Shown here piece by piece: positions 63,133 through 64,000 of a DNA stretch of 64,000 nt. The first letter of the stretch is position 1. Every line of letters starts with the position of its first letter. The stretch lies in the NCBI GenBank assembly GCA_013239625.1, contig MU053559.1:2958324-3022323 (forward strand), read 5' to 3'. The notes beneath the pieces were generated by a model that was not told the origin of the DNA, made no database searches, and saw nothing but the letters and a program-made list of their open reading frames with translations. The stretch is from Lama guanicoe (Eukaryota). The translations under genes were made by a program, and so were the position numbers.

Positions 63133-63416
63133 TATAAGCTGGTAAAAGCTTTTGATTGTCATGAGATTGCCACAAGGCAGTTATAATTATTCCCATTTTA
63201 TGGAAGAAAATAACAGAGGCTCAGAAAATTTCAGAAACTTACCAAGGTCATATATCTAGTAAGTGAATGAACCAGGGTTGAACCTAGGTTTGTCTAAATT
63301 CTAAGTTTATGCTCTCTCAAATGGCTTTGGGGCTTGCCTTCACCATGCCAGTAACTCACTCTTTCGCTAGGAAGCAAATTACCCAAAACTTAGTGGATTA
63401 AGACAATAATGATTTA

Positions 63417-63507
63417 GTGGAGTGGGTATAGCTCAGTGGTAGAGCGCATGCCTAGCATGCGCATGGTCCTGGATTCAATCCCCAGTACCTCCATTAAAAA
63501 AAAAAAG
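63417..63507 (+). mobile_element. Vic-1-like SINE inside an old MLT1 LTR (~63360-63945, minus strand)
   Basis: Perfect 15-bp TSD gacaataatgattta (63402-63416; 63508-63522); A and B boxes recognisable. Confidence 0.92.
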
Positions 63508-64000
63508 GACAATAATGATTTATTTTTTCTCCTGATTCAGTGGGTTAGCTGGCCAGCTCTTTCATTGCTATGTCCTGAGTCACTCGTGCTATTGCAGTCA
63601 ACTAAAGGCTCAACTAGGGCTGCAGGGTCCAAGATGGCATCATTTGCATGTGGGATCCCTGATGTGGGTTGTGGATTAGAGCCCCTGGACTCACCTCCAT
63701 GTGGCCTTTCATCCTAGCTTCTTCACGACATGATGATTCAGCATAGGGGTATCAGAGTTCCAAGAAAACATGCTCCAGTCCACAAGGGCTGATCAAGTCT
63801 CTGCTTGTATCACATTTGCTGATATCCAGTTGGTTGAAGGAAGTCACCTGATCAAACTCAGAGTAGATGTGGGAGGAGATTATACTAGAGCCTGGATATC
63901 AGAAGGTGTGATTCGTTGAAGGTCATTAATATAACAATCTACCATATTTATCACATGGCTTAAAAAAAAATCCTCTGAAACTGACCTCTGAGGTCCTGCT

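Noticed and set aside
63417..63507. tRNA gene (also the other eight copies)
   Set aside because: Poly-A tails, TSDs and multiple diverged copies show a tRNA-derived SINE.
1..64000. CRISPR array, operon or other prokaryotic system; CpG-island promoter
   Set aside because: The sequence is CpG-depleted mammalian DNA with no regularly spaced repeats and no CpG island.

Overview
Repeat-rich, AT-rich mammalian genomic DNA, most likely camelid: it carries nine copies of a tRNA-derived SINE resembling Vic-1 and several young artiodactyl-type L1 3' ends. No intact protein-coding gene is present, and the ORF track is almost all repeat-derived or spurious. The main hidden signal is in the non-repetitive islands between the repeats. 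On the minus strand they form a colinear series of about 19 decayed, splice-site-bounded segments, from a candidate ATG at 46218 down to at least ~9794 (possibly 3213). Translated by hand, they give an RGS22/RGSL1-type N-terminal block followed by several degenerate RGS (regulator of G-protein signalling) domains. These segments carry many stops, frameshifts and broken splice sites, and two are interrupted by transposons. They look too divergent to be the mammalian RGS22 or RGSL1 orthologue, so my best reading is an ancient unitary pseudogene of a further multi-RGS paralogue. This rests on motif recognition from memory and needs an HMM/tBLASTn test. The rest is a layered fossil record of L1, L2, L3/CR1, MIR, MaLR/ERVL/ERV1 LTRs and DNA transposons. 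Repeat family names are by-eye calls, and many coordinates are approximate.
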